This document shows positions 29,245 through 43,924 of a stretch of 64,000 nucleotides of DNA, in pieces. The position numbers and the translations under genes are program-made. The stretch comes from the human T2T-CHM13v2.0 reference genome, Homo sapiens, in the NCBI RefSeq assembly GCF_009914755.1, contig NC_060936.1; one strand, written 5' to 3'. The notes under the pieces are model-generated. The model searched no databases. It was given only the letters and a program-made list of their open reading frames with translations, and was not told the DNA's origin. The stretch's first letter is position 1. Each line of letters starts with the position of its first letter.

Positions 29245-30190
29245 TTAATGTATTTTTAATTTGGAATAGGTTTAAAATTCGAGAAAAGTTGTGAAAATAA
29301 TACAGATAATATAGTTTTCATCTGCTCCTCCCAGTACCTCCCTGCTTTTTTTTTTTTTTTTTTTGGAGACAGGGTCTCAACTCTGTTCCCTAGGCTGGAG
29401 TGCAGTGATGCCATCATGGCTCACTACAGCCTCAAATTCCCGGGCTCTGGTGATCCTCACACCTCAGCCTCCTGAATGACCGGGACCACAGGTGCGTACC
29501 ACCATGCCCGGCTAACTTTTTACTTCTTGGTAGAGATGAGGTCTTGCTCTGTTGCCTAGGCTGCTTTTGAACTCGTGAGCTCAAGCGATCCTCCCACCTC
29601 AGCCTCCCACAGTGCCGGGATTCCAGGCATTAGCCACCCAGTGTTGTTAACATCTTACATTAGTATGGTACATTTGTCATGACTAATGAACGGATATTGA
29701 TACATTATTATTAACTGATGACCATATTTTACTCAGATTTTCTTAGTTGTTACCTAATGTTCTTTTCTTATTCCAGAATTCCATGCAAGAGATCACATTA
29801 TGTTTAGTTGTCATGTCTTCATAGGCATGTGGCTGTGGCAGTTTCTCAGACATTCCTTATTTCGGTGATCTTGCCCATTTTGAGGCATGTTGGTCAAGTG
29901 TTTTGTAGGACATTCCTCAATTGGGATTTTTCTCATGTTTTTCTCATGAATTGACTGAGGTTTGGGAATTTCAGGAGAAAGATCAGAGAGGTAAGGATCT
30001 GTTCTCATCTCATCCTATCAAGGGTGCATCACCCTCTCAACATGAGTTATCACTGTTGATGTTGACCTTCGTCTCTTGGCTAAGTAGTGTTCGTTGAGTT
30101 TTTCCGAGGTAAAATTGCTCTTTCCCACTCTTCCCCTACTGTATTCTTTGGGAGAGAGTCATTATACGCAGCCTAAAGTTATGGAGAATG
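29245..30190 (-). mobile_element. Old L1M (L1MC-like) 3' UTR fragment
   Basis: gttaacatcttacattagtatggtacatttgtca...atattgatacattattattaact. Confidence 0.75.
29346..29640 (-). mobile_element. AluJ inside L1M
   Basis: T tract, ggagacagggtctc...ctcaagcgatcctcccacctcagcctccc. Confidence 0.95.
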
Positions 30191-30519
30191 TTAAAGAGAA
30201 TATATATTTTTTGAACTTTGCCCATCCATACCTTTTTTCAACATTTTCTGTAGCCCACATCCTATTAAAATCCACTTCATTTCTTTCCTCCACCAGATTG
30301 TAACCTCCTTCATGGAAAAAGCCAAGGCTTATTTGTGTAAACAATATAGGTTAATTGGCCAAATTACTTGACATTTCAGATCAGTTCCCCCAATTGCCAG
30401 TGCATATTCTAATTCAGCATTATAACATCTGGCAGTGAGAAACAGAAATTTACTATCTTTATTTTGAGAAGTGTTGATTTTTGAGTAATTGAGGCCTAGA
30501 AGTTCCAAGCAGTAATAAC

Positions 30520-30780
30520 AATGAAAGCTCACACTTACATAGCACTTCTTGTATTTCAGACACGGTGTCTGCATTCAACATATGCCAACTCATTGAATCC
30601 ACACGACAATCCTATAAAGCAGTCACACTTATTATCCTCATTTTACAGATGAAGACACTGAGGCCAAGAGAGTTGTCGTGCCCAGAGAAGTGTTGCCCAA
30701 GGTTACACAGCTGGCAAATTGCAGAGCTGGGCAATAGGATTTTGAAAGCAAAAAGTTATCTATATATCTGCTAACCGTTC
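30520..30780 (-). mobile_element. MIR
   Basis: cattttacagatgaagacactgagg...cccaaggttacacagctgg. Confidence 0.85.
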
Positions 30781-30849
30781 TTCCCTCTACCCACAAGCAG
30801 CTTGATAACGCGACTCTTCACTTTTTTCCTGTGATAGCACAGAGTCCAG

Positions 30850-31045
30850 ACTTTGGAGCACCACAGCCATATTGTTTATTCCTGGTTCCAGCACTTGCCT
30901 GCTGTGTGACCTTGGGCAGGTTACTTCACTTCTCTGTCTCTGCATCTGAAAAATGGGGATAATAATAATATTGGTACCTCCCTGGAGGCTTTAATAAGAT
31001 AATGCACCACACCTAGTAGTTAGCGTTTGTTTTTGTTATTTTTTA
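30850..31045 (+). mobile_element. MIR
   Basis: gctgtgtgaccttgggcaggttacttcacttctctg. Confidence 0.85.
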
Positions 31046-31390
31046 GCATTTATTACAAATACAACTGCTGTATTTCCTGAATTAAAAGTATGGGGACATG
31101 GATGAAAAATTGCAAGTGTCTGTATGGGGATACGATGAAATATTTAAAATAGGGATTGTTTCCTGAAAGTGGGATGGCTGAACAGTGGGATTATAACATG
31201 CTTGTAAGAAAGATGGAGGAGCTAAATTGTAGAAGGGACTGAGAAAGCCAGGACACGTTAGGACCCTTGGCACTGAGGAGGGATGCAGCTCACACCCCCA
31301 AAATTGTCAGCCACAATGGCATAATTCATAGTAAAGCATACACTGAAAGACTTTGGTTATCTTTTCAGACTTTTAATAGTTATCTAAATA

Positions 31391-31894
<504 letters not shown>

Positions 31895-32760
31895 TACAGG
31901 ACAAAAAGTCATAAATAAAATGAATGAATAAAGCCTACTTTAAAATTGATGTATATTTAAAATTTTTAAAATTGTAATTTGGGAGCCATAAAAAAGAATA
32001 CAGGTAGTGTCTCAGATTTAGGAAAGTCATTATTTTTAGCTAAGAACCATCAATTCTAGACTTGTTAATCTTATCTTCACTTTAATCAATAGCTCTGGCA
32101 GGCCACTTTTTGGGGAGAGCCATATTTTTTGTAAAGGAAGACTGAAAGTCAGAAAGAGTGTGTATGTGTGCAAGAGACAGGAACCTCGAGCTATTGGGCC
32201 ACAAGGGCACATCCCCAGTGACCTGAGGCCCCTCTCCTGTACTCCTCCACCCTCACCTGGGTGATCTTGTCTTAGATTGGTGCCTCAGCAGAATCAGAAC
32301 GATTGATTACATGTCAAGGACCACCAGGGAAACCTGCAGATGGGTGAAACCGCAGGGTTCAGTCTGGGAAAGCCACGGCTCCAATCTCTCTAATTACAAA
32401 ATTAATGAGGGCTGGAGGCAAAGCCTCCAGACGGCCCAGGGTGAGCCAGGGAGCATTTTGATGCCCTAAAACAGCTCATGTTTATTTCGTGGTCTTACCT
32501 GATCGTGTGTGGATTGAAGTGAAGGGGTGAGGTAGAAATGGAGCTTCCCCTCTAAGATTTTGCTTCTTGAGTTAAGGTTGGGGTCAGGTCAGAAAATGCT
32601 TTTTCATCGCTAGTGTTTTGATAGCAAAAGCAAAGAGCCAGTGGCAGAACTTTTCAAATGACTCTTAGAGGAGATGACCCAGCGTCCCTGAGGTATCCAA
32701 CACACTAGCTTGTAAGAATAAGGATCAGAACATGACTCGTATGTTTGTATTCTGCAGAAT

Positions 32761-32766
32761 CTCTCC

Positions 32767-32808
<42 letters not shown>
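32761..32808. repeat. (CT)n(CA)16 compound microsatellite
   Basis: Read directly. Confidence 0.97.
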
Positions 32809-32809
<1 letters not shown>

Positions 32810-33426
32810 TTTAAAAGCTTTCATGTGCCCTGATCACGCTGTGCTTCTTTTGTGATTAATTGAGAGTCTTTGGCTTTGCTCTGGAGATGCAAAAATCCTT
32901 GAGGTGACCTCCACAGAGTGATGTAAACCTACAAAGTGATTCATCTCGTGTCAGTGAAGTTGACATCTTAAATGACAGTCTGGCTTGACATCCCTTTTGG
33001 GGGTATTTCTTCTCAGAGCCTGCAAGACCCTTTTCATGAAACGTGGTCTGTGTTCGGTTTGTATAGTCATCTCGGTGCAGCTTTTTCTTTTCACTATAAC
33101 AAAATAACGATGGTGTTTTCTTTTTAATTCCTTTAGCTTCCTTGCCTGAGTATTTAGGAAGCAAGTACTCTTAACATTTTTTAAATGTCTGTGGTGGGCT
33201 AGTGGATATTCTGAAATAGAGTTTTGGCATCACCTCTTTCTTTCAAATCCCCCTGTTGGGCATAGGATATTTACTTTGAATGAATTTGTCTGAATTTTAG
33301 AGACTCTCTTGCTTTGCTCCATCTCATGCGGAAATTGGGAAAACAAATGAGAAAAAGGGCAGTGCAAATAACTTCAGGTCAGCTAATCTGGAGGGGAAAG
33401 AAGTGTCTTAGGAGTAAAGATGGTTA

Positions 33427-33578
33427 TTAGTTAGGCACGGAGGCAGGTGCCTGTAATCCCAGATACTCGGGAGGCTGAGACAGGGAAAATTGCTTGAACC
33501 CGGGAGGCGGAGGTTGCAGTGAGCTGAGATTGCGCCACTGCACTCCAGCCTGAGAGACAGAGCGAGACTCCGTCTCAG
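33427..33578 (+). mobile_element. Alu right arm only (AluS-like), no A tail
   Basis: cttgaacccgggaggcggaggttgcagtgagc...gcgagactccgtctca. Confidence 0.93.
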
Positions 33579-33819
33579 AAAGACTGTCAGCTACCAGTTG
33601 CTATACCAGAGGTAATAACTGAATGATAATACCCCTGCATTTTACTTTCTAGCAACTTTCATGTCCACTATTTCATTTTTAACATCTTGGATGTGTAGGA
33701 CCAAGTTATGATAAGCAACTAACTTCATCTTTCCTCAATTGAGAAGAGTGAGGCATGCTTCTAAATGTAGTGTTGAACATTGTGGAGGATATGCTAACAT
33801 TTTAGAAATAATCCAATTT

Positions 33820-34190
33820 AGCCACTGTGGGAAATGGTATGGCAGTTCCCCCAAAAATTAAACGTAGAATTATCATGTGGTCCAGAATTCTACTTCTTGG
33901 ATATATACCCAAAAGAACTGAAAGCAGGGACTTGAATGGATATTTGTACAGCTATGTTCATAGCGGCATTATTCACAATAGCCAAAAGGTGAAAACAACT
34001 CACGTGTCCATCGAGGGATGAATGGATAAACCAAATGTAATATAAACATACACTGGACAACTATTCATTCAGGCTTAAAATGAAAGAAAATTTTGACACA
34101 TGCTACAACATGGGTGAACCTTGAAGACATGATACTAAGTGAAATCAGCCAGACACAGAAGGACAAATACTGTGTGATCCAATTTCATAA
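33820..34190 (+). mobile_element. L1MB-like 3' fragment
   Basis: atatacccaaaagaactgaaagcaggg...gcattattcacaatagccaaaagg...aaggacaaatactgtgtgat. Confidence 0.85.
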
Positions 34191-34608
34191 CAATGTAAAA
34201 AGCACAGGGTATTTTGGGAGAGACACACATGAAACTGGTATCAGTGATTATGCAAAATAGTCTAGGACCTGGAGCCCCAGTGTCCAGCACATAGTGTGTG
34301 TTTTAGAAATACTAATGAGTAGACAGTTGTTGCCTGGGTAGAGTGGGGATAGTGGGGAAGACCTATTTTTCACTGTATAAACCTTTTAGTGCCTTTTGGT
34401 TTTCATACCATGTGGCTTCGTTACCTCTTCAAAACATTAACCCTTTAGATCCAGTGGCAGTGAAGGTGGTAAAGGGAGATGTAAGTTCCCATTTAGGACA
34501 TTTTAGGACCCCCAAGGGTTGTTACCCTAAAGAGTAGTTGATGATTAAATTAAATCTCTGAACCATCCTCATGCCGAAGGGGTGTTGACAGGGGACAGTG
34601 ACAACCAG

Positions 34609-35028
34609 TGTGTTAGTCCATTTGTGTTGCTATAAAGGGATACCTGAGGCTGGGCAATTTATAGAGGAAAGAAGTTTGATTGGCTTACAGTTCTGCAGGC
34701 TGTACAAGCATGGCACCAGCATCTGCTGAGCTTCAGGTGAGGCCTCAGGAAGCTTCCAGTCATGGCAGAAGGTGAAGGGGAGCCGGGGTGTCACATGGTG
34801 AGAGAGTGAGCAAGAGAGAGGGGGAGGAGGTGCCAGGGTCTTTTAAACAACCAGATCCCATGTAAACTCACAGTGTGAGAACTCACTCATTACCAAGAGG
34901 ATAGCACCAAGCCATTCTTGAGGTATCAGCCTCCATGACACAAACACCTCCCCCTAGGCCCACGCCCAACATTAGACGTCACATTTCAACATGAGATTTG
35001 GAGGGGACAAACCATCCAAACTGTGTCA
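34609..35028 (-). mobile_element. MSTB-type solo LTR
   Basis: tgtgttagtccatttgtgttgctataaag...ggaggggacaaaccatccaaactgtgtca. Confidence 0.92.
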
Positions 35029-35496
35029 TGCAGTATTTTTCCAGGCTTAGTTTTTACATTAGCAGGACAGGCATTTTTGGCAACATGTCATATTTTGTGT
35101 TTCCATTTGCTCCTGATAGGGGAGGAGACTAGTGGTCTCTTCTAGCTTTTTATGCTTTTAAACTGTTTTGCAGAGAAATGTGGTGTTTTCCCCCAACCCC
35201 CTCCCATCCTTCTCGTCCCTGGACTCGGCTCAGAGTCTTACAGGAGTCCAGGAGTATAAGTTGAGGGAAATTAATGCATTTGGTTGGATCCTGCCTGATG
35301 TACTTTATCTATCAGTGGCATCATGAGACCTGACGACAGTCACTGAAGTCACTGTATACTTTTTTTCACCTCTTCCTGCCTCTTCCCTTACCCATCTCCC
35401 CTGCCCCGGTAACTAACAGATTCCTTCCAGTCAAGGAGCTGATTATTATATTTTTCCCTTTACTTTTTTGGGGCACTGCTAAAGATGTATCTGAAG

Positions 35497-35808
35497 CAGG
35501 GCATGGAGGTATGCACCTATAGTCCCAGCTACTCGGGAGGCCAAGGCGGGAGGATCCTAGGAATTCAAGACTAGCCTGGGCAACATAGCAAGATCCCCAT
35601 TTATGCAAAAAATTTTAAAAAATTAGCCGAGCCTGGTGGTATACACCTGTAGTCCTGGCTACTCGGGAGGCTGAGGCGGGAGGATGGCTGGAGCCCAGGA
35701 GTTTGAGGCTGCAGTGAGCTATGGTTGAATCACTGCACTCCAGCCTGGGCAACAGAGAGAGACCCTGTCTGTTAAAAAAAAAAAAAAAGAAAAAAAAAGA
35801 AAGAAAGA
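35497..35808 (+). mobile_element. Old AluJ dimer with a FLAM_A-like left arm
   Basis: Left arm tagtcccagctactcgggagg; A-rich linker; J-type right arm; A/GAAA tail. Confidence 0.9.
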
Positions 35809-36063
35809 AAGACCTGAAAAGAACTAATTAACGCTCATACATAGAATTTTTGATGAGAACCTTCTGGCTCTAAAGAAAGTATTGGTCAACTATACTGTCT
35901 AGGCTAATTTCTTAGAAAATAATGAGCATAGTTAAGGATAACTGAGAAAATGTAAACTATGGAGACTGTATCCCATGTCAAAATTAAAAAATTGGTGGAT
36001 TGATAGGGAGAGAGGAGGATAAGGGAGAAAATGTATTTTGCCATTGTAGAAATCAGAAATTTG

Positions 36064-36469
<406 letters not shown>

Positions 36470-37242
36470 CTAAAGTCATTTTCGCTTCCCTCTGAATTAC
36501 TGCAGTAAATTTATATAGGGTGGATGTTGGCCTTGCCACAGCAATTATGTCGTTTCGAAGTATGCCATTGTTTTGTCCTGCAGCTGAAAAACGGGTGGGT
36601 TTATTAGGTCCACAGGGCAGCGTCCTTGTTCTGAGAAGAGGGAGGCATGCAGGAATGGCCAGCATTCCTTTTTGTTGGGCTTGTCCCTGTGGATGGCAAG
36701 AATCCCCTGGAGCCAGGCACAAATCCTGTCTGAGCAGCCCTATTATTACCCTGCAGAGTAAAAGGGAGACAAAGACCCAAGGTGAATTTCGTTACAAATT
36801 GAAAAGCAAAAAAATCAATCCATTCATGCCTTCTTAAATTCTCTGTCATGTTCCTCCACACTCAGAGGTTTAAGGACCATCAGGGAATGGCCCGTTTGAG
36901 GGTGGGGAGGGCAGGGCCCAGCCCCATGAGCTGCCTCAGGGCTTCTGCAGAGCTGGCCACATGTTGGGCTTTATTGATATCAGGTGTTGTGACCCATGGA
37001 CTTGATCAATCATTTCGGCCTTCCCTTGTGGAGCCTGTCCAGGAGAATGGATGTGGACTGTGTTCTGATGGAGGAAAATAAATTGTTCTTGGTCAGGTTT
37101 TTGAAAATAACAGTCCTTGTCTCTCAGGTGGGCACATGCTTGGCTGATTGATGGAATATCTAGAAGCCTTGGCTTAAATATAGAACAAATGATATTGAGC
37201 TACTTAATCTTACTATCACTGTACCAGGTTCCATAAAGATGA

Positions 37243-37738
<496 letters not shown>

Positions 37739-37831
37739 GATGAGGAGCCAACATTGTTGAATCATAAGTGATCCATTTTTTTTTCTTTTTATTTCTGATT
37801 GATCAAGGCTTGCAAAAGATTTAACTTTCCT

Positions 37832-38117
37832 GGGTTGGGTAGAGTGGCTCATACCTATAATCCCAGCACTTTGGGAGGCTTAGGTAGGAGGATCACCTGA
37901 GGTCAGGAGTTTGAGACCAGCCTGGTCAACATAACAAGACCCCATCTCTACAAAAAAAAAATAGCCAAGCATGGTGGTGCATGCCTGTAGTCCCAGCTAT
38001 GGGAGGCTGAGGCAGGAGAATCGCTTGAGCCCAGGAGCTCAAGGTTGCAGTGAGCTGTGATCTTGCCATTGCATCCCACCTTGGGTGACAGACCCTGTCT
38101 CAAAAAAAAAAAAAAAA
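37832..38117 (+). mobile_element. Alu (J/S-like)
   Basis: Dimer with A tail; TSD-like atttaactttcc / atttaaatttcc. Confidence 0.95.
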
Positions 38118-39309
38118 TTTAAATTTCCCTTTTAAGTTTTTCTTAGCTAGCATAATAAGGGATAGTCTGAGCAACTCAGACTGCCTATTTAGAAAGCTCT
38201 GGGTTTTGCTTCAATATGGATGGAAAAGGGGATTGAAAAAGTTGACACAGAAGGGCATGCAGTCTCAGAAAGGGCCATTGCAGCACCTGGCGATTTTTTT
38301 TTCCAGGATGGAGAAAAGTTTTCTTGTCAGGCTACTTCCTGATAGGTTCCTGCAGCTGCTTTGATCTAACTTCCTCTTTTCCCCACTGGACAAAACCAAA
38401 ACAAAGCAAAACAAGTCCAAAAACAAAAGAGAAGTGGGGATAGGACCAGCCACGTGTGTACCCTTGGGCGGTTGGTACATGCTCAGGGCATGAGCCCAAA
38501 CTTGCTGTGACAAGTATGGTCCCAGGCTGTGCCTTTTAGAACAGTGTCCTCCAAAGTACTAGTGAAGTGGTACTGAGATTTCCAAAGACTGTCTTTGCAG
38601 TGCAGGATTTCTGATTCTGACAGAAACCAAGGGGAGAACTCACTTTTTCTATTTAAAAAATTATCAGTAATAAAGCACTCAGGTCTTCGACCACTCTTGC
38701 AAATACTGTTGTTTTTCTCTAGCTGAGTCTAGGAAGGAATACGAGTTTATAGTGCAGTGCCAGTAAGGTTGGAATTTTCTGTGATAGGGGAGTAATTGAG
38801 ACAGGTACAAATCGTAAGATCTTCCCGAGGACTGGATACAGGAGAAAGAAATGCAGCCCCAGAAAGGGAGGTGTGCAGTTGCAGGCAGATGGGCCAAGGA
38901 GATGGTCTGATTGCCAAGTGGATTGGAGCCCAAGTCTTCAGGTTTTCAAGTGGGTAATTAGAACAGGAAGGAGCCAAACACAGGCCTGCTGGCGCCAGGA
39001 GCCGCAAGATTTTCCGTTCAGGTTGTGTCGTCTCAGAGCTAAGATGGGTGCATGCGAGTACTTCCCCGGCCAGTTAACAAATGCGAGCATCCAATACCGT
39101 GCCCATGACTGTGGGTGCAGGGAGCAGAGTGTAGGCAGATGAGCAAATGGGGTTTCCATGCCTGAGGAACAAGAAGTCTTAGGCTAAGTGGTGAGTACCT
39201 GCAAAAATGAGAGAATAGCACAAGACGGCATAGCTGAGTAATACATTGCATGGTTTTGCTTCCAAGTGCCAGCATCTCCGAGTAGTGTATCTGACACCAG
39301 CACACTCTG

Positions 39310-39455
39310 GTGTCAGAATCTTGGGTTTATATTCTGGCTACTCAAACTGTGTGGCCCTGGGCAAATTCTTTAATCTTTTTTGGGTTTCAATTTCCATAGC
39401 TATAAAATGAGAATAGTTGTAGTATCTATCTCGTGAATTTATTATGAGAATTAAA
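39310..39455 (+). mobile_element. MIR
   Basis: ctgtgtggccctgggcaaatt...tataaaatgagaata...tgagaattaaat. Confidence 0.75.
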
Positions 39456-39912
39456 TTATTTTCTCCGTGGATTTAAAAAAAGGACTTTTGCCCCTGATTC
39501 TTGTTTTTGAATACAGTCTTGATCCCCAGAAGTGTGGCAGCTCTCTTGTACACATGATGAAGAGTGTGAAGGGGAAAAGTTGATATGCAAACAATGGTGG
39601 ATGAGGGGGTGAAGCTGTTGGGATCCTTGATGACTGTGGGGTGGCCAAAGCTGACCTCCCACCTTCAGACTTTCTGAAATCAACCACTGATGGCTGGGCC
39701 TTCTGTTACTTGTAACCAAACGTATCTTAATTGATGCAGGCTTGTTGCCAGACTGTAAACTCATTGAGGGCAGAGCCATGTCTTATTCACCTTTGGGCTG
39801 TCAAGGACAGCCTAACCTAATGCACGGTGGCACACAGTAGGTGGTGCTTAGTGGTTTATGATAGGAAGATGTGTGGTTAGAAAGCAGGGAAGGAGGCAAG
39901 GAGGCAGGGAGA

Positions 39913-40113
39913 AGTGATGTGCTGGTAAACATTTAGCAATTAGATCTCTGGGAAAAAATTCTGATTTGTAGCATTTGCCAATTTCCATGGTGTAAATATT
40001 CCTATCATGGCTGATTTCACGCTACCAGTGTGATGTGAGTGAGCTCAGTGTTGGGAAGAGATGGTCACAGTCAGTTCTTGTGAGTTGGTACAATCCAGCC
40101 GTAGCTCACCACT
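39913..40113. mobile_element. MER63-like hAT fossil
   Basis: gtgatgtgctggtaaacattta...tttgtagcatttgccaatttccatggtgtaaat...caccact. Confidence 0.75.
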
Positions 40114-41287
40114 AGAAGGACAGGGAAAAAGAAAGGGAGAGAGAAAAGGGAAGAAAATTTATTATTAAAATTAATAGTAATCATGGTAACGACACTAACA
40201 ATGTTTAAACTTTATTGAGAGCTTACTCTGTTCCAGGTTCTTCCGGTCCCTCCTAATGATCTTCCCTTTGCATCTCATTGACCATAGCTGGGTTGCATGC
40301 CCTTTCCTAGTTGCAGGAGAGGCAAGAAAAGTTTGGCAAAGGAAAGTGGAAGTGTTATGTCTTGCTTGGGCCATTCAGGTGTCATTCCTTAGGGCAGGGC
40401 CCCTTGCCTCCCTGAACGCAGGCAGGCAACTGTCAGCCAAGGAGGAGGACTGTGGGATAAGCAACCAAGACTATCTGAAAAGACAAGACCTTTCAAGTAG
40501 AATGGATTATTTTTCAGACACCAAAGTTGCCTTTTCAGCAAAGTGAACTAGGCTCCTTATCATCAAAATTCTAAAATTTCTCACTGCCTTCTTTCATTTC
40601 TGTGGATACCACTCCAAACATCATAAATTGACCTGGTCCTTCATATAGAATGGTTGGTTTTCTAAACCAAACAGATCCCAACCACGGTGATAAATGAGGT
40701 GGGGAGATGGGAAATCTATGCAGCTTGTCAAAATATGATTGCGGTAAAGCGTCCAGAAGTGAAAACTGGAGCCTCCTGTGTGCAGATTCACCATGTTTAG
40801 TGGGGCTGTGCAGTCCTGCATGGGCTGGAGTGGGGACAGCTGTGGCAGAAAAGAGGTGGACAGAGTGAGGTGGTGGGCATGTCAACTGCAAAGTTCCTTC
40901 ATTACGGATCGACATGCTCCTTTACATATCCTGCTGGGCTAGTTGCTCACAGTGGAGAGTCTGGAGTTATTGCAATTCTGTGGCAGGCAAAATATATAGA
41001 ATAAAAGAAAATGCCTTAATTGGGACCATTGTTGGGAGAAAGAGGGCAAGAACTGTTCTAAGGGATATTTCTGTAGTCTTAGCATCCTCTTCTTAATTTT
41101 TGCAGATTTTATGTCCTGTTGTCAGTTTCTTTAAAAAACAAACAAACAAAAGAGATTACAAGTGATTTATGGGTTCCACCTCCTAAGAGGTCCAGTGTGG
41201 GAAAACAAAGGAAGGGAAGAAATCGATGTAAGGAGATTAATAATTCTGGTAGGAGGCACCACATGATGCACAGGCCTAAACTTCCTA

Positions 41288-41551
<264 letters not shown>

Positions 41552-42044
41552 GATGACTAATTTGGAAGACATGGACCCTGTTTTGAAACGATAACTCACT
41601 TCAGCTAGAGGAGAAGCCTGGTGGCACCCAGGTGAAAAGAGGCCACTCATTATTTCTCAGCTGGCTGTAAATTGCACCGGGAGTCAGAATCGATACCTAC
41701 CTGACCTCTTTGGGCTGTTGGTAAAACTAGAGGCACCCCTTGTGGCCGTGCCGAGTTGATGTCCAGAAGAACACTGGTTGGAGGCGACCGTTCTTTTTAG
41801 GCTTTCCAGTCTAGAGCTTACGACCCCCAGTGCAGGAGTAGCTTGGTTCTTTGTTGTCTGATAGTGTTTCCTGGGTCAGCTGGCATTTCCCCCATGTGGT
41901 CTGACCTCCTGTGTTATAAAGGCAAAACTACTTTAAGTTAGAGATCAGCATCTGGATATTCAGTCATCAGCCAAATATTTTGATCTTTCTCTGAGCAGAA
42001 TGGAAAATGTCCTGCTTTGAAAACCTTGCCTTGTTCCTCGAAGG

Positions 42045-42261
42045 CAGGGGTTGGCAAACTTTGTTTTTAAAGAGCCAAGCAGTAAACTTTGGGTTTTGCA
42101 GACCATACAGTCTGTCACAACTTTTCAGTTGTGCAGTTGTAGAGTGAAAGCATCCATAGGCAATAAGTACACAAATGAGTGTGGCTGTCACCCAATAACA
42201 CTGTTTACAAAAACAAGCAGTGGGAAGGATTTGGCCCACATGCCTTTGTTTGCCAACCATG
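42045..42261. mobile_element. MER58A
   Basis: caggggttggcaaact...tttgccaaccatg terminal inverted repeats. Confidence 0.88.
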
Positions 42262-42618
42262 ATTCTAAGGGGTCTTGGATGGAATGGAAACCTCTGTCTT
42301 GCCCATATGGGTCCTAATGCATTTTAAAAGTCAGTGTGCTGTTTGGCTAAGAGACACTTCCTCACCTGAAATCACAGTGAAGAGCAAAAAGGGACAGCGA
42401 ACTCCTTCTTATTCCACTGGTGCTCAAGGGGTAAAAGAGGAAGAAGATGTCGTTGGGCCACTTTATGTAAGTATATATACTAGGGTGGTGCAGGCTTTGA
42501 ACTTCTCACTCAGTGATGTCCACGTCTTTTGTGTTAGCCGGCTGGCTAAAGTTTAACTTTCCCCTAGGACTTCACTAAATCCTCACGTCTGTAATTTTTT
42601 TTTTCCTCTTTCTAATAG

Positions 42619-42640
42619 CCTGGATAAAGAGGAAAATAAG
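42619..42640 (+). other. Candidate 22-nt microexon
   Basis: T-rich ttttcctctttctaatag|CCTGGATAAAGAGGAAAATAAG|gtgagt. Confidence 0.35.
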
Positions 42641-42829
42641 GTGAGTGCTGATGGTCCGTACTTGAGACACACTACAGCTTATTTCTTAGCACTTTTCAGG
42701 CTTTGGGCTATTTCAAAGGCGACCTACTCTGTCATGTTGAAGTGTGGGTTGGGATTCACTTGCATATCCTCCCAGACTGGGGATGGCTCTATTAAGAAAG
42801 GAAAGCAGTTTCCAATTTTACAAATGTGA

Positions 42830-43600
42830 CGATTTCCCCAGCAGACTTTCGACAGGAAAAATTAATAGGCAACTGCATGTTGCCTCAATCTATTTTCACA
42901 TTAAGACCCAGAAGGAGGTGTGGGGTCAAGCTGACACCTCTTAGATCGGCACACCAGGGTGAGGGCCTCCAAACGCTGACAGCATCATTCCACCAGGTAG
43001 TGTGCAGGGAAGTTGGCTGGTTTTCAACGTATGTCCCGTGACTGCTTGCTTTTGTAAGCATGTGTTGGCTATAGATGGTTAGAAAGGTCAGCTTCAAGTG
43101 ACAAAAGCCCTGGCTCAAGTTGCTAGAATCACCCAGTTTCAGTCCCTTTGAGGTCTTGCAAGAAGAAATGAGATAATCGCCCTCCTCCTTTCCGACTTGC
43201 GCTGTGCCAGTGTAACTTAGAAGGGCATCCTCTCTGTGAAAAGACTGGATTTACATATTTTGCTAATTACAGCTGTCAGATTCCTCGAAGTGATTTAAGG
43301 GTGGGGAGGCCTAACAAGTGTGAAGAGTATTTTTAGCCAAGTTGTGTGGGTTTGATAGCCATTTGGGGACTAGTAATTGAATCTAAAGCTTCATGTGAGG
43401 CCGTACGGAAGTGGTGCGAGGTGGAAGGAGACCGAGGTTGGGCGACGTAGGTGTGGGGCAGCTGTGGGGTGATTTGATCCTGGTGCGGGCTGGTGGTCTC
43501 TTTGCCTGCTGTGACAGCTGTCAGTCAGCCTGCTTTATGGGGTGTGAAATTGACACCTTCTCTGCTGTCTGGGTGCTGGAAGGGGTACAGTTGGAACTGG
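42830..43600. promoter_or_regulatory. Candidate developmental enhancer (MEIS/TGIF, HOX, T-box motifs)
   Basis: TGACAGCTGTCA 43512-43523, TTTATGG 43534-43540, GGGTGTGAAATTGACACCT 43540-43558; repeat-free; motif evidence only. Confidence 0.5.
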
Positions 43601-43662
43601 AAACTTGATCTGCAGAGCATTCATTTGTTTATTCATTCAACAAGCATTTTTTGAGTAAATTA

Positions 43663-43822
43663 GAGTTTCTGAAACTTTCTTGTACATACAGGATCACCAG
43701 GCTGTCTTGTTAACATGCGGATCCTGTTAGTAGATCTGGGATGGGTTGAGAGTCTGCCTTTCTAACAGGCTTTTGGGTGATGTCGATGCTGCTGGTCCAG
43801 GGACCATACCTCTACTCAGAAG
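43663..43822. mobile_element. MER5A
   Basis: tctgcctttctaacagg...ggtgatgtcgatgctgctggtccagggaccatac. Confidence 0.8.
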
Positions 43823-43924
43823 GCCTAACACTGTATGCCACTTTGGTGTGACAAGATGAAACACTTTGAGCTTCCTCAGGATCTTCCTTTCCCATTTGCC
43901 CAGATGTTCTTCCTCTGGATCTTT

